From: Octopus sinensis
Taxonomy: Eukaryota
Length of the DNA stretch: 64,000 nucleotides
Reading direction: 5' to 3'
Assembly: GCF_006345805.1 (NCBI RefSeq)
Contig: NC_043000.1
Span: 105,214,001-105,278,000, forward strand
The notes beneath the pieces are model-generated. The model ran no database searches. It was not told the origin of the DNA and saw only the letters and a program-made list of their open reading frames with translations. Position 1 is the first letter of the stretch. Each line of letters opens with the position of its first letter. This document shows positions 40,318 to 52,330 of the stretch, one piece after another. The position numbers were made by a program, and so were the translations under genes.

Positions 40318-40353
<36 letters not shown>

Positions 40354-40750
40354 ATGTGTGTGCGTATGTGTGTTTGTGTTTGTGTGTGTGTGTGTTACAC
40401 CAGCTATCGTAAATGCAATACCCCAGACAATCTTTAAAATTTGGGATGGTAACTATGTTAAAAGCTAAATGTTGTAATTATATCGATCCCAGGGCAATGA
40501 AATGCAGTCAATCCGGCCGGAGTCGAATTTCTTTTTCATCCCTCCCATCGATAAAACAATGCACTAATCTAGTATATAGATCGATTGAGCCTCTTCCCAC
40601 AAAACTGCTGGCCTCATGTCTAAATCAGAAAGCATTTTGCGGCCTTTTTGAGCAATAAAGTATTATTATTAGTTATCATCATCATATTCATCATCATCGT
40701 CGTCATCGTCATCATAATCCTCATCATCGTCATCATTATCAACACATCAC

Positions 40751-41381
40751 AGAGACATGGAAATACAGCCAGGCGGGACTGTCTCAGATGTGAGCAGAGC
40801 GACGAAAACTGCACTGCATGTATTAACGTTGTATCCGAATTTGCTGAACAGCTGTTGTCACGTGCAAGATGAATCTGGCTTCGGCTAGCCTCACCGCCTA
40901 CCTCTAACAAAGCAAAGCAAGCAATGTTGCTCTGTCTGATAGCACTGACGAAGGAGATTGTGTTGTAGGCGAGTCTGAAAGGACTGAGAACAGATGCTTT
41001 CCTCTTTGGTCTTGCTTCTCCTTGATTTTTTCAAGTTCGACGTGAAAAGGAAAGTGAGGGTGGACAGGGAAGTTCCCCAACCCCACCTGTGAATTTATTA
41101 AAACGTAAGCAAAATATGTCAGGGTAAGTTGAACTATATAAGCATGTGTCTGTAGATTGGAAAACAACATTTGGGTCAGAGTTCATGCTCTTGGTGGAGT
41201 TTCTTAGTTGACCCTAGTTGGAGGTTCCCCTGTATCAGGACTGTATCATCCTTGTGTTCAAATACTTTATAGACGTACATGTTATCCCATCTTTCTTCTT
41301 CCATCTTTTTCCCTTGCCCTTTAAGGGACGCCCAGTATAAATTTAAACTGTTCCACTCCTCAGACGACCCTGTGGCAAATA
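40751..41381 (+). mobile_element. Degraded Tx1/L1-clade LINE 3' end embedded in (ATC)n
   Basis: With frameshifts reads RHG...DCLRCEQSDETALHVL (zinc knuckle)...LCLIALTKEIV...LKGLRTD...KRKVRVDREV; ends gaccctgtggcaaatatatcatcatc. Confidence 0.72.
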
Positions 41382-41404
41382 TATCATCATCATTGTCATC
41401 ATCG

Positions 41405-41459
<55 letters not shown>

Positions 41460-41468
41460 CATAAGACA

Positions 41469-41675
41469 GCGAGCTGGCAGAATTTAGATAGATAGATAAA
41501 TAGATAGATAAGCACGCCGGTATTTCGTCTGTCATCACGTTCTGAGTTCAATTTCCGCCGAGGTCGACTTTGCCTTTCATCCTTTCGGGGTCGATAAAAT
41601 AAGTACCAGTTGAACACTGGTGTCGATATAATCGACTCATCCCCTCCCCCAAATTTGCTGTCCTTGTGGCAAAAT
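41469..41675 (+). mobile_element. Meta/MESC-domain SINE with a (GATA)n insertion in the head
   Basis: gcgagctggcagaat...gaggtcgactttgcctttcatcctttcggggtcgataaaataagtaccag. Confidence 0.92.
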
Positions 41676-41699
41676 TACTACTACTACTGGTAATATTAG

Positions 41700-41866
41700 T
41701 TTCAAAGTTTGACACGAGGCCAGCAATTTTGTGGGAGGGTCTAAGTCGATTAAATTGACCTCAGTGTTCAACTGGTACTTATTTTAACGACTCCGAAAGG
41801 ATGAAAGGCAAAGTCAACTTGGGTGGAATTTGAACTCAGAACGTAAAGACGGACGAAATCTCGCTA
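41700..41866 (-). mobile_element. Meta/MESC-domain SINE, tail-to-tail with the previous copy
   Basis: ctggtacttattttaacgactccgaaaggatgaaaggcaaagtc. Confidence 0.9.
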
Positions 41867-42109
41867 TGCCTTTACCACTATTGGTATTAACAATAATAAC
41901 AATATGGTTATTATTGATTCTTTTCCAAGTTCGTCATATAGTTTAATCTAATATATTCCAGGTACTTTCCAACATCTTTATTTTCTTTGCACCTTAAACT
42001 TTCGCTCGTTTTAACTTTATTAACTATATTACTTTTTCTCCAATTTTATTACATTTGTCTAATTCAAGAATTTTTGTTAACTCCACCCACCCACACACCT
42101 CTATTCCAC

Positions 42110-42325
42110 AATCCTTTTTACTATAGGCACAAGGCTTGAAATTTGATGGGAAGGGGCCAGTCGATTATATCGACTTCAGTATGCAACTGGTACTTAATTT
42201 ATAGACCCCGAAAGGATAAAAGGCAAAGTCCACCTCGGCGGAATTTGAACTCAGAGCGTAGCGATGGGCGAAATACTGCTAAGTATTTAGTCCAGCGTGC
42301 TAACGATTCTGCCAGCTCGTCGCCT
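42110..42325 (-). mobile_element. Full-length Meta/MESC-domain SINE
   Basis: ctataggcacaaggcttgaaatttg...ggaatttgaactcag...taacgattctgccagctcg. Confidence 0.92.
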
Positions 42326-42764
42326 TTCTCTGGTCCGCAATCGTTATATTTTCAGTAACTTTTACACTTTATACACTTCGCCCATTGTTTTCTTGTAAAT
42401 ATTGTTTGTTTGTTTTTTTGTTTTACTTCTTTGCTTCCTTCTGTTCCGCCTTATTTTTTCCTCTTTCATTTCACTCCCCTTGATCTTTTTCCATTTTTTT
42501 TTCTATCTCTTTTCCTTTCAGTCTTCCTTTCTAAACAAATCTGTTGAAACATGAATCTAACTAACTTAAGAAATCACATACTCACACATACCTGTGTGCG
42601 TGTGTGTGTGTGTGGTGCTTGTGTGTATGTGTGTGTTGTGCCATCGCCTGCAGGTTTCGAATGCTGTCTGCTAGCCATTGCACCAAAGCGGTAAAAAAGA
42701 CCTAATTACATGGGGAAATGCACTGTCATACTCACATATACACACAAACACACACACACAAAAA

Positions 42765-42828
<64 letters not shown>

Positions 42829-43587
42829 ACTCATAGAATTACACGGATACGAACATATACAAACATATACAGGTAGAAAAACACACATACTAGCTGCAGA
42901 AGTATTTGTTTCAATAGATGCAGAAGTACTCAAGCTCATAAAGCACACACACACACACACACACACTCATATATATACACACACACACTCATATACACAC
43001 ACATACACACACATACACACATACACACACTCACACACTCACACACACGCACGCAACTCATTCATAAATACACAGAGTCCGCAATGCTTTTAATGAAATC
43101 TGTGAAACAATATCAAGTTGTAATGAACATGTTTGTTGATATACTGTTAATTAAAACAAGTTGTTCAGACATCGCTAGATTGTGATATTTTAAAGAATAC
43201 ACTCTTTAATGAATATCTTGTAGCTTACAGTTGGATATTGAAAGCGTTGAAATGACGTCTGGCTGTCTCCATAGACAGAAACACACACAAGAAATACAAT
43301 GGAATTAATGCCCGAGTTAATGGAGTTTACATTACATTATATTCATACATATGTGTGTGTGCGTGTGTGTGTGCGTGTGTGTGTTGTGTGTGTGTGAGAG
43401 AGTGCGCGCGTGAATGTGTGGAAGAATATGTGTATATATATAAATGCGTAATGTTTGTTTTTATGTATAAGTTATAATAAAAAGAATTTTACATCAAATT
43501 TCAGGATTACTCAATAATTATTGTAGAGCAGAAAGAATCCGATGAAAGTTAGCAGGTCGAAATGTAATATGAAATCTCCATCAAGAC

Positions 43588-43781
43588 GCGAGCTGGCAGA
43601 AACGTTAGCACGCCGGGCGTCTGTCTTTACGTTCTGAGTTCAAATTCCGCTGAGGTCGACTTTGCCTTTCATCCTTTCGGGGTCGATAAATTAAGTACTG
43701 GTTACATACTGGGATTGGTCTAATCGAGTGGCTCCCTTCCCAAAAATTTCGTGCCTTATGCCTAGAGTAAGTAGAAAAGAA
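43588..43781 (+). mobile_element. Meta/MESC-domain SINE
   Basis: gcgagctggcagaaacgttagcacgccgggcg...gactttgcctttcatcctttcggggtcgataaattaag. Confidence 0.92.
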
Positions 43782-43829
43782 TATGAAACTGCCATGCCAG
43801 GATAGCTCGACAGAAACCAGTATAAGAAT

Positions 43830-43947
43830 CTTTTCTACTCTAGGGAGGGGCCAGTCGATTAAATCGACCCCACTACGCAACAGGTACTTAATTAATCGAC
43901 TCCGAAGGGATGAAAGGCAAAGTCGACCTCGGCGGAATTTGAACTCA
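43830..43947 (-). mobile_element. 5'-truncated Meta/MESC-domain SINE with 18-bp TSD
   Basis: agaaaccagta(t/a)aagaat at 43812-43829 and 43948-43965 flanks the fragment. Confidence 0.88.
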
Positions 43948-46339
43948 AGAAACCAGTAAAAGAATAAAAGAAGGAATGTGTATGATAGTATTTTTATAGA
44001 ATTAGTCTAGACTGAGTCTTCGGGTTTCGCTTAATGGTTTTTTGAACCAACCAGTCTTGATTTAATAAGTTTTTAGTTGAAACTTGCCCCATTCATGTCT
44101 GATGCCAAAATAAATTTGACTATTATCAATACTGACCTTTCTTGTCTATTGGTGATAGACTTTATTTCGAGGATTTGCTTTACTCCCCACGATGGCCTGT
44201 GGATTGGTGACGCTTCTTTTAAAAAACCTAGGCGGAATTTGATTTCGAAAGCAGAGAATCAACAAATACCTCGAGGTATCCGCTTCAACATTCTTACAGT
44301 CTTGACAGTCTACTGACTTAGATTGAAACTTTTTACACGACCTTGAAGCGGGTGGGGAAGCAAAGTTGATATCGGTGGGATTTTATCTCAGAGGATTAAA
44401 ACAAATACTACGAACACTGAAACCTAGGTTTCACTGCCTAATTCACTGCTCGTATACTCACAAATACACGTGCACGCGCACACACACACACACACACATA
44501 CTCACATAATACATATGTGTTTGAGGCTATGTATGTAAATTATTTAAAGTGGGAGCTTCTTAAATTGTACGTTTTAATTCAAATATACATACTCTACTTT
44601 TTGTATTGAGTACATTTTCCTCGTTTTAAAGACAGTGGTTCACCAAGCCATTCGCAAACATATATACTCTCACAGGTGCAAACACACACATACACGCAAA
44701 CACATACACACACAGGGAAAGAAACTACACGCTCGCAATTTTATTAATAAGCAATGATGTAAAAGGGACTTGATGTAAAAGCTTTTAGAAAAAAAAATTA
44801 AAATAAGAAAGTAAAATGAAAGAAAAGAAAATAAGATATGAACTAGAAGAAATAATACTAAAGAACATTCCTTAAAACCGTTAGTTGAAAACATCTGTGC
44901 TTATTTTGTGACAGGAGTGAATAGCGGATAACAAACTGGTGATTTGTTATATGAAAGTCTAATGATCAGCTGGAGAGAATTTGTTTTGTATAAAGACAAG
45001 GGTTTATTTCAAGACAGCGTTTTGCTTACTCGATGTATGTTTCCACCCACACACACACGCACACACGCACTTTTTTTTTTCCTTTTTGCTATCTTGAAAA
45101 TATGCCGTTTACATTTAAGTGTATTTCTATATATGTTCACTGAACTATATACTAAATACTGCGTACAAAACTTATTCTTGACATAACCAAGTCTCATAAC
45201 CAATCCTACTTCCCAGTTCTTAACAACACTTCTGACTTTTTACTCTTAGACCCCCACGCGCTATTTCATAGCTTCCACTCAACATATAACAGATTTTTAC
45301 AGGAAGCACAACCACTCTCGTATCTTCGTCGTAACTATAGTATGTATGTCGGTAAAGTACTCGACACTATTTCCCACATTATCTTAAAAATATCAAACAA
45401 TAACTACTGAACAACGTAAAGTACTTACTTCTTGTATTGTGTCTGTCAAGGTTCTTCTTTACTACCAATCTTCACTTTCCATAAGCTAGCTTCTTCGAAA
45501 TTCATGTGTACAGACCTATTCTCATTCTTTTATATGGAAACTATATAAGTTTTCAATATTAACGCAGAGCCGGGGTGGGTAAAAATAAGTACCAGTTGAG
45601 TACTGGTGTCAATGTAATCGACTTCCCCCACTCCTGAAATTGCTGACCTTGTGACAACATTTGACCCCCAATATAAGGCAAATCTGAATAGTAGTGGAGG
45701 AATCATCGGTAGAGCATCGGTCAAAATATTTCGTAGTGGATAGTTATATACCCTTACGGTTTGAGTTCAGAATCACACAGATGTTAACTTTACGTTTTTA
45801 TTTTTCCATAGTCGATGGAATGAAGCACCAGTTAAATGCTCCCCTTGTGCTTGTATTAAAAACCCATATATAAGAAAAAGGATGACGCTACAGTATAGAT
45901 GTTTTCACAATGATCGTCAACAAAAACTGACCTAAATATGTCAGCAAAATCTACATGGATGGGTAAGGAAATAATTCCGCAACACCAACGAAGAAGTTTC
46001 TACGTTGTCGCTGAACTTGGTGAAAACAAAAAAGCAGTAAAATTTTACTCAAATCACGCCTTAATGTCTTAGAAGACCACGTTGAACAATGTAATCTTTG
46101 ATATGCCATTGATGCACGAATGGGTGAATTGTTAAGAAGTTTCCTTTGTAATCACGTTCCACGTTCGATCCTATTGCATAGCATACTGGACAGGTTTCTT
46201 TTTACTATAGTATCGGATCGATCCATGTCTTATGAGTGAAAAAGAACAGAATGACATTAGAAATCCAAAGGACGGATTGTACCCGTAATTCAAAGAACCA
46301 GCCTTTGTTGTACAGTCCCATTGACTCTCTCAGAGAATT

Positions 46340-46490
46340 AGGTTCCTTTCTGTTGAAGAGTGTAGGCTCGAAACGTAAAAGACTTTCTCACTTTCCGAGC
46401 GTTAAACTAATACATTTGTTTGTTGTTTACACATCTGTCTTCGTCTTTTGTTTTAGTTTTTTTTTTGTTTTTGTAAATTCAACTATATAT
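46340..46490 (+). mobile_element. Short Penelope-like remnant with hammerhead-like motif (46346-46381)
   Basis: cttt-CTGTTGA-A-GAGT gtag GCTC-GAAA-cgTA-aaag, then gagcgttaaactaatac...tgtcttcgtcttttg...aactatata running into (TA)n; homologous to 16669-16880. Confidence 0.72.
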
Positions 46491-46527
46491 ATATATATAT
46501 AGATAAACCTGTAGATATGTGTGTATG

Positions 46528-46600
<73 letters not shown>

Positions 46601-46633
46601 GTGTGTGTGTGTGTGTGTGTGTGAGTATGTGTA

Positions 46634-46830
46634 TTCTTTTAGTCTTTTACTTGTTTCAGTCATTTTGACTGCAGACATGCTGAAGCACCACCTTTAGTCG
46701 AGCAAATCGACCCCAGGACTTATTCTTTGTTATCCCAGAACTTATGCACTTGCCCAAGGTGCCACGCAGTGAGACTGAACCCGGGACGATGTGGTTGGTA
46801 AGCAAGCTACTTACCACACAGCCACTCCTA
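46634..46830 (-). mobile_element. Internally deleted CORE-type SINE
   Basis: cttttacttgtttcagtcattttgactgc...cacttgcccaaggtgccacgcagtgagactgaaccc...cttaccacacagccac. Confidence 0.88.
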
Positions 46831-47239
46831 GAGAGAGGTTGAATATATTTACCAAACTGAAAAAAAAAGATTAAACATTGGAAGTACTCATTAACCAAAA
46901 TAATAACACGAACACATTCTTGACAGAGCATTATTGATACCAGTAGTCTCTTCTTGGTTTCCAACTATTGTGTTACAAACTACAAACTACATTACGAGAA
47001 TCGGTGAAGAAGCCTCTCTCCAACCAGAAAATGCGGTCAATGTCAATTCATAACGTACACGGTTGACAGTACACATTAGCAAATTTGAATGTAATAACTT
47101 AGGCAATGTAAGTTATGTACATCAGCAGCAGTCATTTGCCATGTATCAGAGGTCTTCTTTTAAATCCTCAATGAAGAGGTTATGTTATAAGTCAAAATTA
47201 GATCATAAATTATCTTTAAAATTGTGATAGGATAGCTGG

Positions 47240-47420
47240 GGCAGTGGGGGTACATGGATTTGATTTATACTTAAATGCTTGCGTTTTATCCAATACTGGC
47301 CATACGATGCATGTCTCTCAATTTCCAAATGTGTTTTGAAAGTGATGTGGAAGTCTGCTGATGACGATGATGGCATAAACTGTTGTGCTGGTGTGGTACA
47401 GTTTGCCAAAGAAGGTTGAC
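47240..47420 (-). mobile_element. Penelope-like GIY-YIG C-terminal remnant
   Basis: Reverse translation QTSTSLSKHIWKLRD then IVWPVLDKTQAFKYKSNPC after a frameshift resembles the LSK.IW.L...W.IL.K motif of Penelope endonucleases. Confidence 0.55.
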
Positions 47421-48803
47421 TACATGTAACTTTCAGTTATGGGTTCGTAATTCTGGTTACCAGATATAGTTACACACGTGCGCATACATGCACACACGCA
47501 CACATATACACGCAAACAAACATAAGTAGCTGTATACATATATGAGTCTTTATATGTATCTCAATTTCACATTACCTTATATATGTGTGTAGAGGAAGAG
47601 AGAGACGAAGAAAGAAAGAGGAATTGTAATACAATATAATACGTTTAGAATACTATGAAGGGCTGCACAAATAACTTGTGAAAGTGGAGACATTTCTGGG
47701 GCCGAAAGGCAGAGATTAGATTATTAGATGAGCGGTTAGTGTTAGGTTTCAGTTTGGGCTCAGGCAAACATTCACGCGCGCGCGCACATGCACACACTTC
47801 TATATATGTGTGTATATATATATATATATATTATATATATATATATATATAAATATGCTGCCTTCATGAATTGATGCATACATGCCTACGGCATGCACAC
47901 AATAAAAGGAAACAATCATACACATAAATGCACCCAAACATGCATGCCTAAATACATACACATATATATACCCAAACATATAAGCATAAATACATATATA
48001 CATAGATGCACTTATATGTATTTCTATACATCTGTAATACTGTATAGTGGGACTAACGTTTCTTCCCTCTTGACAGCTTTTTGATACAATATTAATCGTA
48101 TAATGAATAATTAATTGCTTATCTCCAACAACGCAAATACTAAAAAAAAAATTTCTGCTCTATATCTAAAAATAGTCTTTCACCTTGTAAATAAAAACTT
48201 AACCAATGGGTCATCGCTACTGAACTGAGATCATCTGTTTGTAACACTACTACTACATTGGTCTCTGCTCCTTTTAAGCTTCATAATAGTACAATACTTA
48301 AATCCCCTACTCCTTTCTTCTCCTCTTCCTTCTCAACCCTTTCCATCCGCCACCTACGCCTCCTTTTCCTTGTAACTCACTCGTTAGGCTCCAAATCTTC
48401 TTGTTCTTTCCAGTTCTGTTTTTACAGTCTATTTTTAAAAGATATTTCTGTAAGCGCTCTTGACTACCGCCTACTTCATCATCTATATTTTCCAAAATTG
48501 TCGGGTGCTAGAGATGACTTCCTTTCACTTGCAATGTACTAATATATAATAGAGCAAGGAGGAACTCTTCTTTTACATCAAGATGCCTAACCACATTTAA
48601 AGGAAGGCCGGAGAGGAATTTATCAGATATTGCTAGAATCGCAATACTGGCACTATCATAGTATCGAAAAAACCCTGTCTCTAATGACACAACCGTACTA
48701 ATAATAGTAACAAATATAACGGTAATATTTATAGCATCAACAAAAACTACAATAATAGTAACAATAATGTTTCTAATTTTGTAATAGTTGTTCTTAATTA
48801 GTA

Positions 48804-48869
<66 letters not shown>

Positions 48870-49129
48870 AACAGCAACAACAACGACGACAACAGCAACA
48901 CAGTTCATGTTACACACAGTGCGCTCAACAAAACATTCACTTATGTAACTAGAAACGAAAAACTAAGCCCCATAACAAAACAAAACAAAACTGGTGCGGT
49001 ATACCAACAGGAATCTATAATCCCCTCATCCTAACAAAAATAAGAACACAATGCTGCAAATAGTTCAGGAACATGAAGGTGCACCAGATGCTGGAGTAGA
49101 AATTCGCCTGAAACTTCCGAAGAAAATTT

Positions 49130-49452
49130 GTTACTGTTGATGCACTCCCGTACGCTAATTAGCCCACGTCCATCTTTACACCTCTTCACGTAAAGCCTGT
49201 GTACATTCACATTAGGGTGGAGAGCACCATGTAATGTCATTGTCTTTCGGGTTGTGCGATCGAGTTAGTCAATCTTCGCTCGTGTCCATCTCAGGATGGG
49301 TGCAATATAACGGACTACAGCAACAGCCTATATGTTGCTGGTAGTCACAAGGTCCCTGAGTTGAGTTTTGATTTCCAGAGAAGTTTGAAGCACTTCAAGT
49401 ATGCAGTGATGTCCTTGTCTGTCATTTCTCTGTGCAAGATATTGTCCAAGAT
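49130..49452 (-). mobile_element. R4/Dong RT C-terminal fragment; 5' end abuts (TAA)n
   Basis: KSKLNSG...AVAVVRY...LRWT...LDRTTRKTMTLHGALHPNVNVHRLYVKRCKDGRGLISV. Confidence 0.85.
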
Positions 49453-49482
49453 ATATTATTATTATTATTATTATTATCTCTA

Positions 49483-49697
49483 AGGTGGCGAGCTGGCAGT
49501 ATCGTTAGCACGTCGGGCGAAGTGCTTAGCAGTATTTCGTCTGACGCTACGTTCTGAGTTCAAATTCCGACGTGGTAGACTTTGCCTTTCATCCTTTCGG
49601 GGTCGATGAAATAAGTACCAATTGAGTACCGGGGTCGATGTTATCGACTATCCCCCTACCCAAAACTTCAGACCTTGTGCCTATAGTAGAAAGGATT
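49483..49697 (+). mobile_element. Full-length Meta/MESC-domain SINE between (ATT)n tracts
   Basis: aggtggcgagctggcagtatcgttagcacg...gactttgcctttcatcctttcggggtcgat. Confidence 0.92.
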
Positions 49698-49711
49698 ATT
49701 ATTATTATTAT

Positions 49712-50445
49712 TTCTTTTTATCACAGGTTTTGTTGGAGCTCCTGGAATGTTACATGCGTAGCGAGCTTGCTACCTGCAGCCTACGGTACCATGCTATCCA
49801 TTCTTTTCAGCTATCTAATACTTTCCTGATTAATCTGGACGTGCCAAGGAGGCAAACCTTTTGTAATAGTTCTACAGGGCACTCTATTCCAATTTCCTTT
49901 ATATTCCCCTTGATGCTTTCCGATACTATTCCCAAGGACCCAACAATAATTGGCATTGTCTTCACTTTCTTCATTTTCCATAGCCGGGCTATTTCGTACT
50001 TAAAACGATTGTAGTTATCTATCTTTTCGCCTTCCTTCTTGACTACTCGTGGGTCAAAGGGCCATACAACATCAACTATATAACATATGTTGTGCATATT
50101 GTCCACCACCATTAGGTCCAGTCTGTTATGCTCTACCATCTGATCTGTTTGGATTGGCAAATCCCAGAGGATTTTGCTAGTCTCCGACTCCACCACTCTC
50201 TGCGGTTCGTGTTCATACCACGTCTTGCTTCTCTCTAGCCCCCACTTTTCGCACAGTTTCCAATATAGCACTCTTGCTACCTGATCGTGTCGCCACAACT
50301 TGTAGTGGTTTTGGACAAGTCTTAGGCACTCGTTCGTGATATGGACAATGGTTTCGTCCACTCTATTGCAGATGCGGCACAATGGAGACACTTGCTCATT
50401 CCTAAGGTTGACCCTCCAGTTCGTGGCCAAAGTTTGTTCTTGCAT
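49712..50445 (-). mobile_element. 5'-truncated R4/Dong non-LTR retrotransposon: CCHC knuckle, RHD motif, restriction-like endonuclease (open 212 aa) and 3'UTR, flanked by (TAA)n on both sides
   Basis: CRICNRVDETIVHITNEC...RHDQVAR...LWD...NRLDLMVVD...IVDV...EKIDNY...IIVGSLG; ORF 49807-50445. Confidence 0.93.
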
Positions 50446-50456
50446 TATTATTATTA

Positions 50457-50490
<34 letters not shown>

Positions 50491-51409
50491 GTCATCATCA
50501 TCATCATCATCATCATCGTCGTCATCATTATTTATATCATGATGCAGAACGTCACCAATTTTGGAGAGGTCGGATATATTCGATTAAATCAACACCAAAT
50601 TATAACAGACAAAACATTCGTATGACAGATACACGAACAACAAAATAAATATCATCATACTGAGTGAGTATAAAGTGTTTATAAAGCGCCTAAGTATACA
50701 ACATGCAAAAGATATACAATGAAGAAGAAATGAAATAACAAAGAAAGCATCTATAAACCTCAAGTACGCTCCAGCATAACTAATGTGGATTTTAACAACA
50801 CAATCAATCCGGTAACAACTGGAAGGCTTCTAGAATTAATAAAGTTCCTCAATTTCCGGTCAAAGTACTTAAACAGTATGTATGAAGCTGTCGTAACAGC
50901 ATTCGATAAATTATTGTGGAGAATAGAATAAACGCCCGGCCGGTTACAAGATGAGAACACAATAGCAATTCGGTTAATCAAAAACAAAACACCAGGAATC
51001 CCCGAAACTGTATACATCAATAACCTGTTTACTGACAATATATAAAGCCTTGATATTTATAGTCTCTGAAAAACAAGTTGCTCATCTAGAAGATAATAAT
51101 ATCTTACCGGGGGAGATGAAAGAATATCGGAAATAAAGAACGAAGAGATGTTACGAGGACCTATTGCTAAACCGAACAGCTATTGAAAGAAAAGTATCTT
51201 AGATTGTTTACTGGAACGCCTTCGAAAGCACACCATATTTCTGATAACGGAAATACTGTGCATGAAAAAACAACCCCAATATTAAGATGGTATGTCAACT
51301 CAACCATTTTTAAAATAATATTTAAAATGAAAAGTTTTTGAAGAAAGTTATTTACAGAATTATTCGTCTAACAATTAATCCACCAACAAGTCTTTTGAAC
51401 CAAATCACC

Positions 51410-52330
51410 AACGTTTATAAATATCATGGGCAGAGTATAAAATAACTACTCCATATGAGTGATTTAAAACTGTACAAAAGCGACAACACCCAGGTTAAGA
51501 ACCTACTCAAAACTGTCCTCATATTCAGTAGTGATATTACAATGCGTAGGAGACTAGACAATGAAGAAACAAAATAATTAAAACTCAAGTATTGAGTTAG
51601 ATTTAGAAACTGAAATCAGAAAATTAGAACAGAACCACGAATACGAGTAGTAACGGGTAAATTAAACAGATATGGCATAATACACAAATGGAAGAGAACA
51701 TTAGAGAAAAAGTGCTACAGAAGAGTCAATTTAATACTGAAACTCTGAACCTAATGTCAGAATAAAATTTTATGCATAAACGCAGCAGCCATCCCATCTA
51801 TAGACTGAATTGAGAAATGTGAGTTCTAGTTCCAGAAAATCAATGATACAAAGATCAGTTACACGCAAACTAACAAAATGGAAAATAAAACAAAGAACGC
51901 TAACTTCATATGTGTGCGATGTAATCAACTATGTAATCAACTTTAAAAAATTGACAACATTTCCGGATGCCCAATCTTCGTAAAGATGGAATGTAACCAT
52001 AGACATTACCAGTTAGGCAGTTATTTCCATTGAGCAATATGTAGACACTTACTCATCAAAAACTGAAATATATTGTAAAACCGCACAGCAAATCCGGCAT
52101 GTAGTTTAATGATATGGCTACTCTTCTGTGGGGCATGTCAATCCAGACTGACAAGAAAATCAAATCGAACACACCAGATATCACAATCGAAGATGGAAAG
52201 GAAACGATGCAATCTGATAGACGTCTCGATCTCTTCCGACCAAAACATCGCTCCAAGGGATGTTTAACATTTATCAAATTACAACCTCGAAATAGAAACA
52301 AGCAAGATGGCAGTAAAACCAGTTTTAATA
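51410..52330 (+). mobile_element. Heavily degraded R4/Dong element (RT motif C through endonuclease)
   Basis: LLHMSDLKLY...LLKTVLIFSSDI resembles LLYMDDLKLY; LLWGMSIQTDKKIKSNTPDITI resembles the endonuclease motif. Confidence 0.65.

Noticed and set aside
41176-41380. Protein-like minus-strand ORF (FATGSSEEWNSLNLYW...)
   Set aside because: It is the antisense of the Tx1-like 3'UTR
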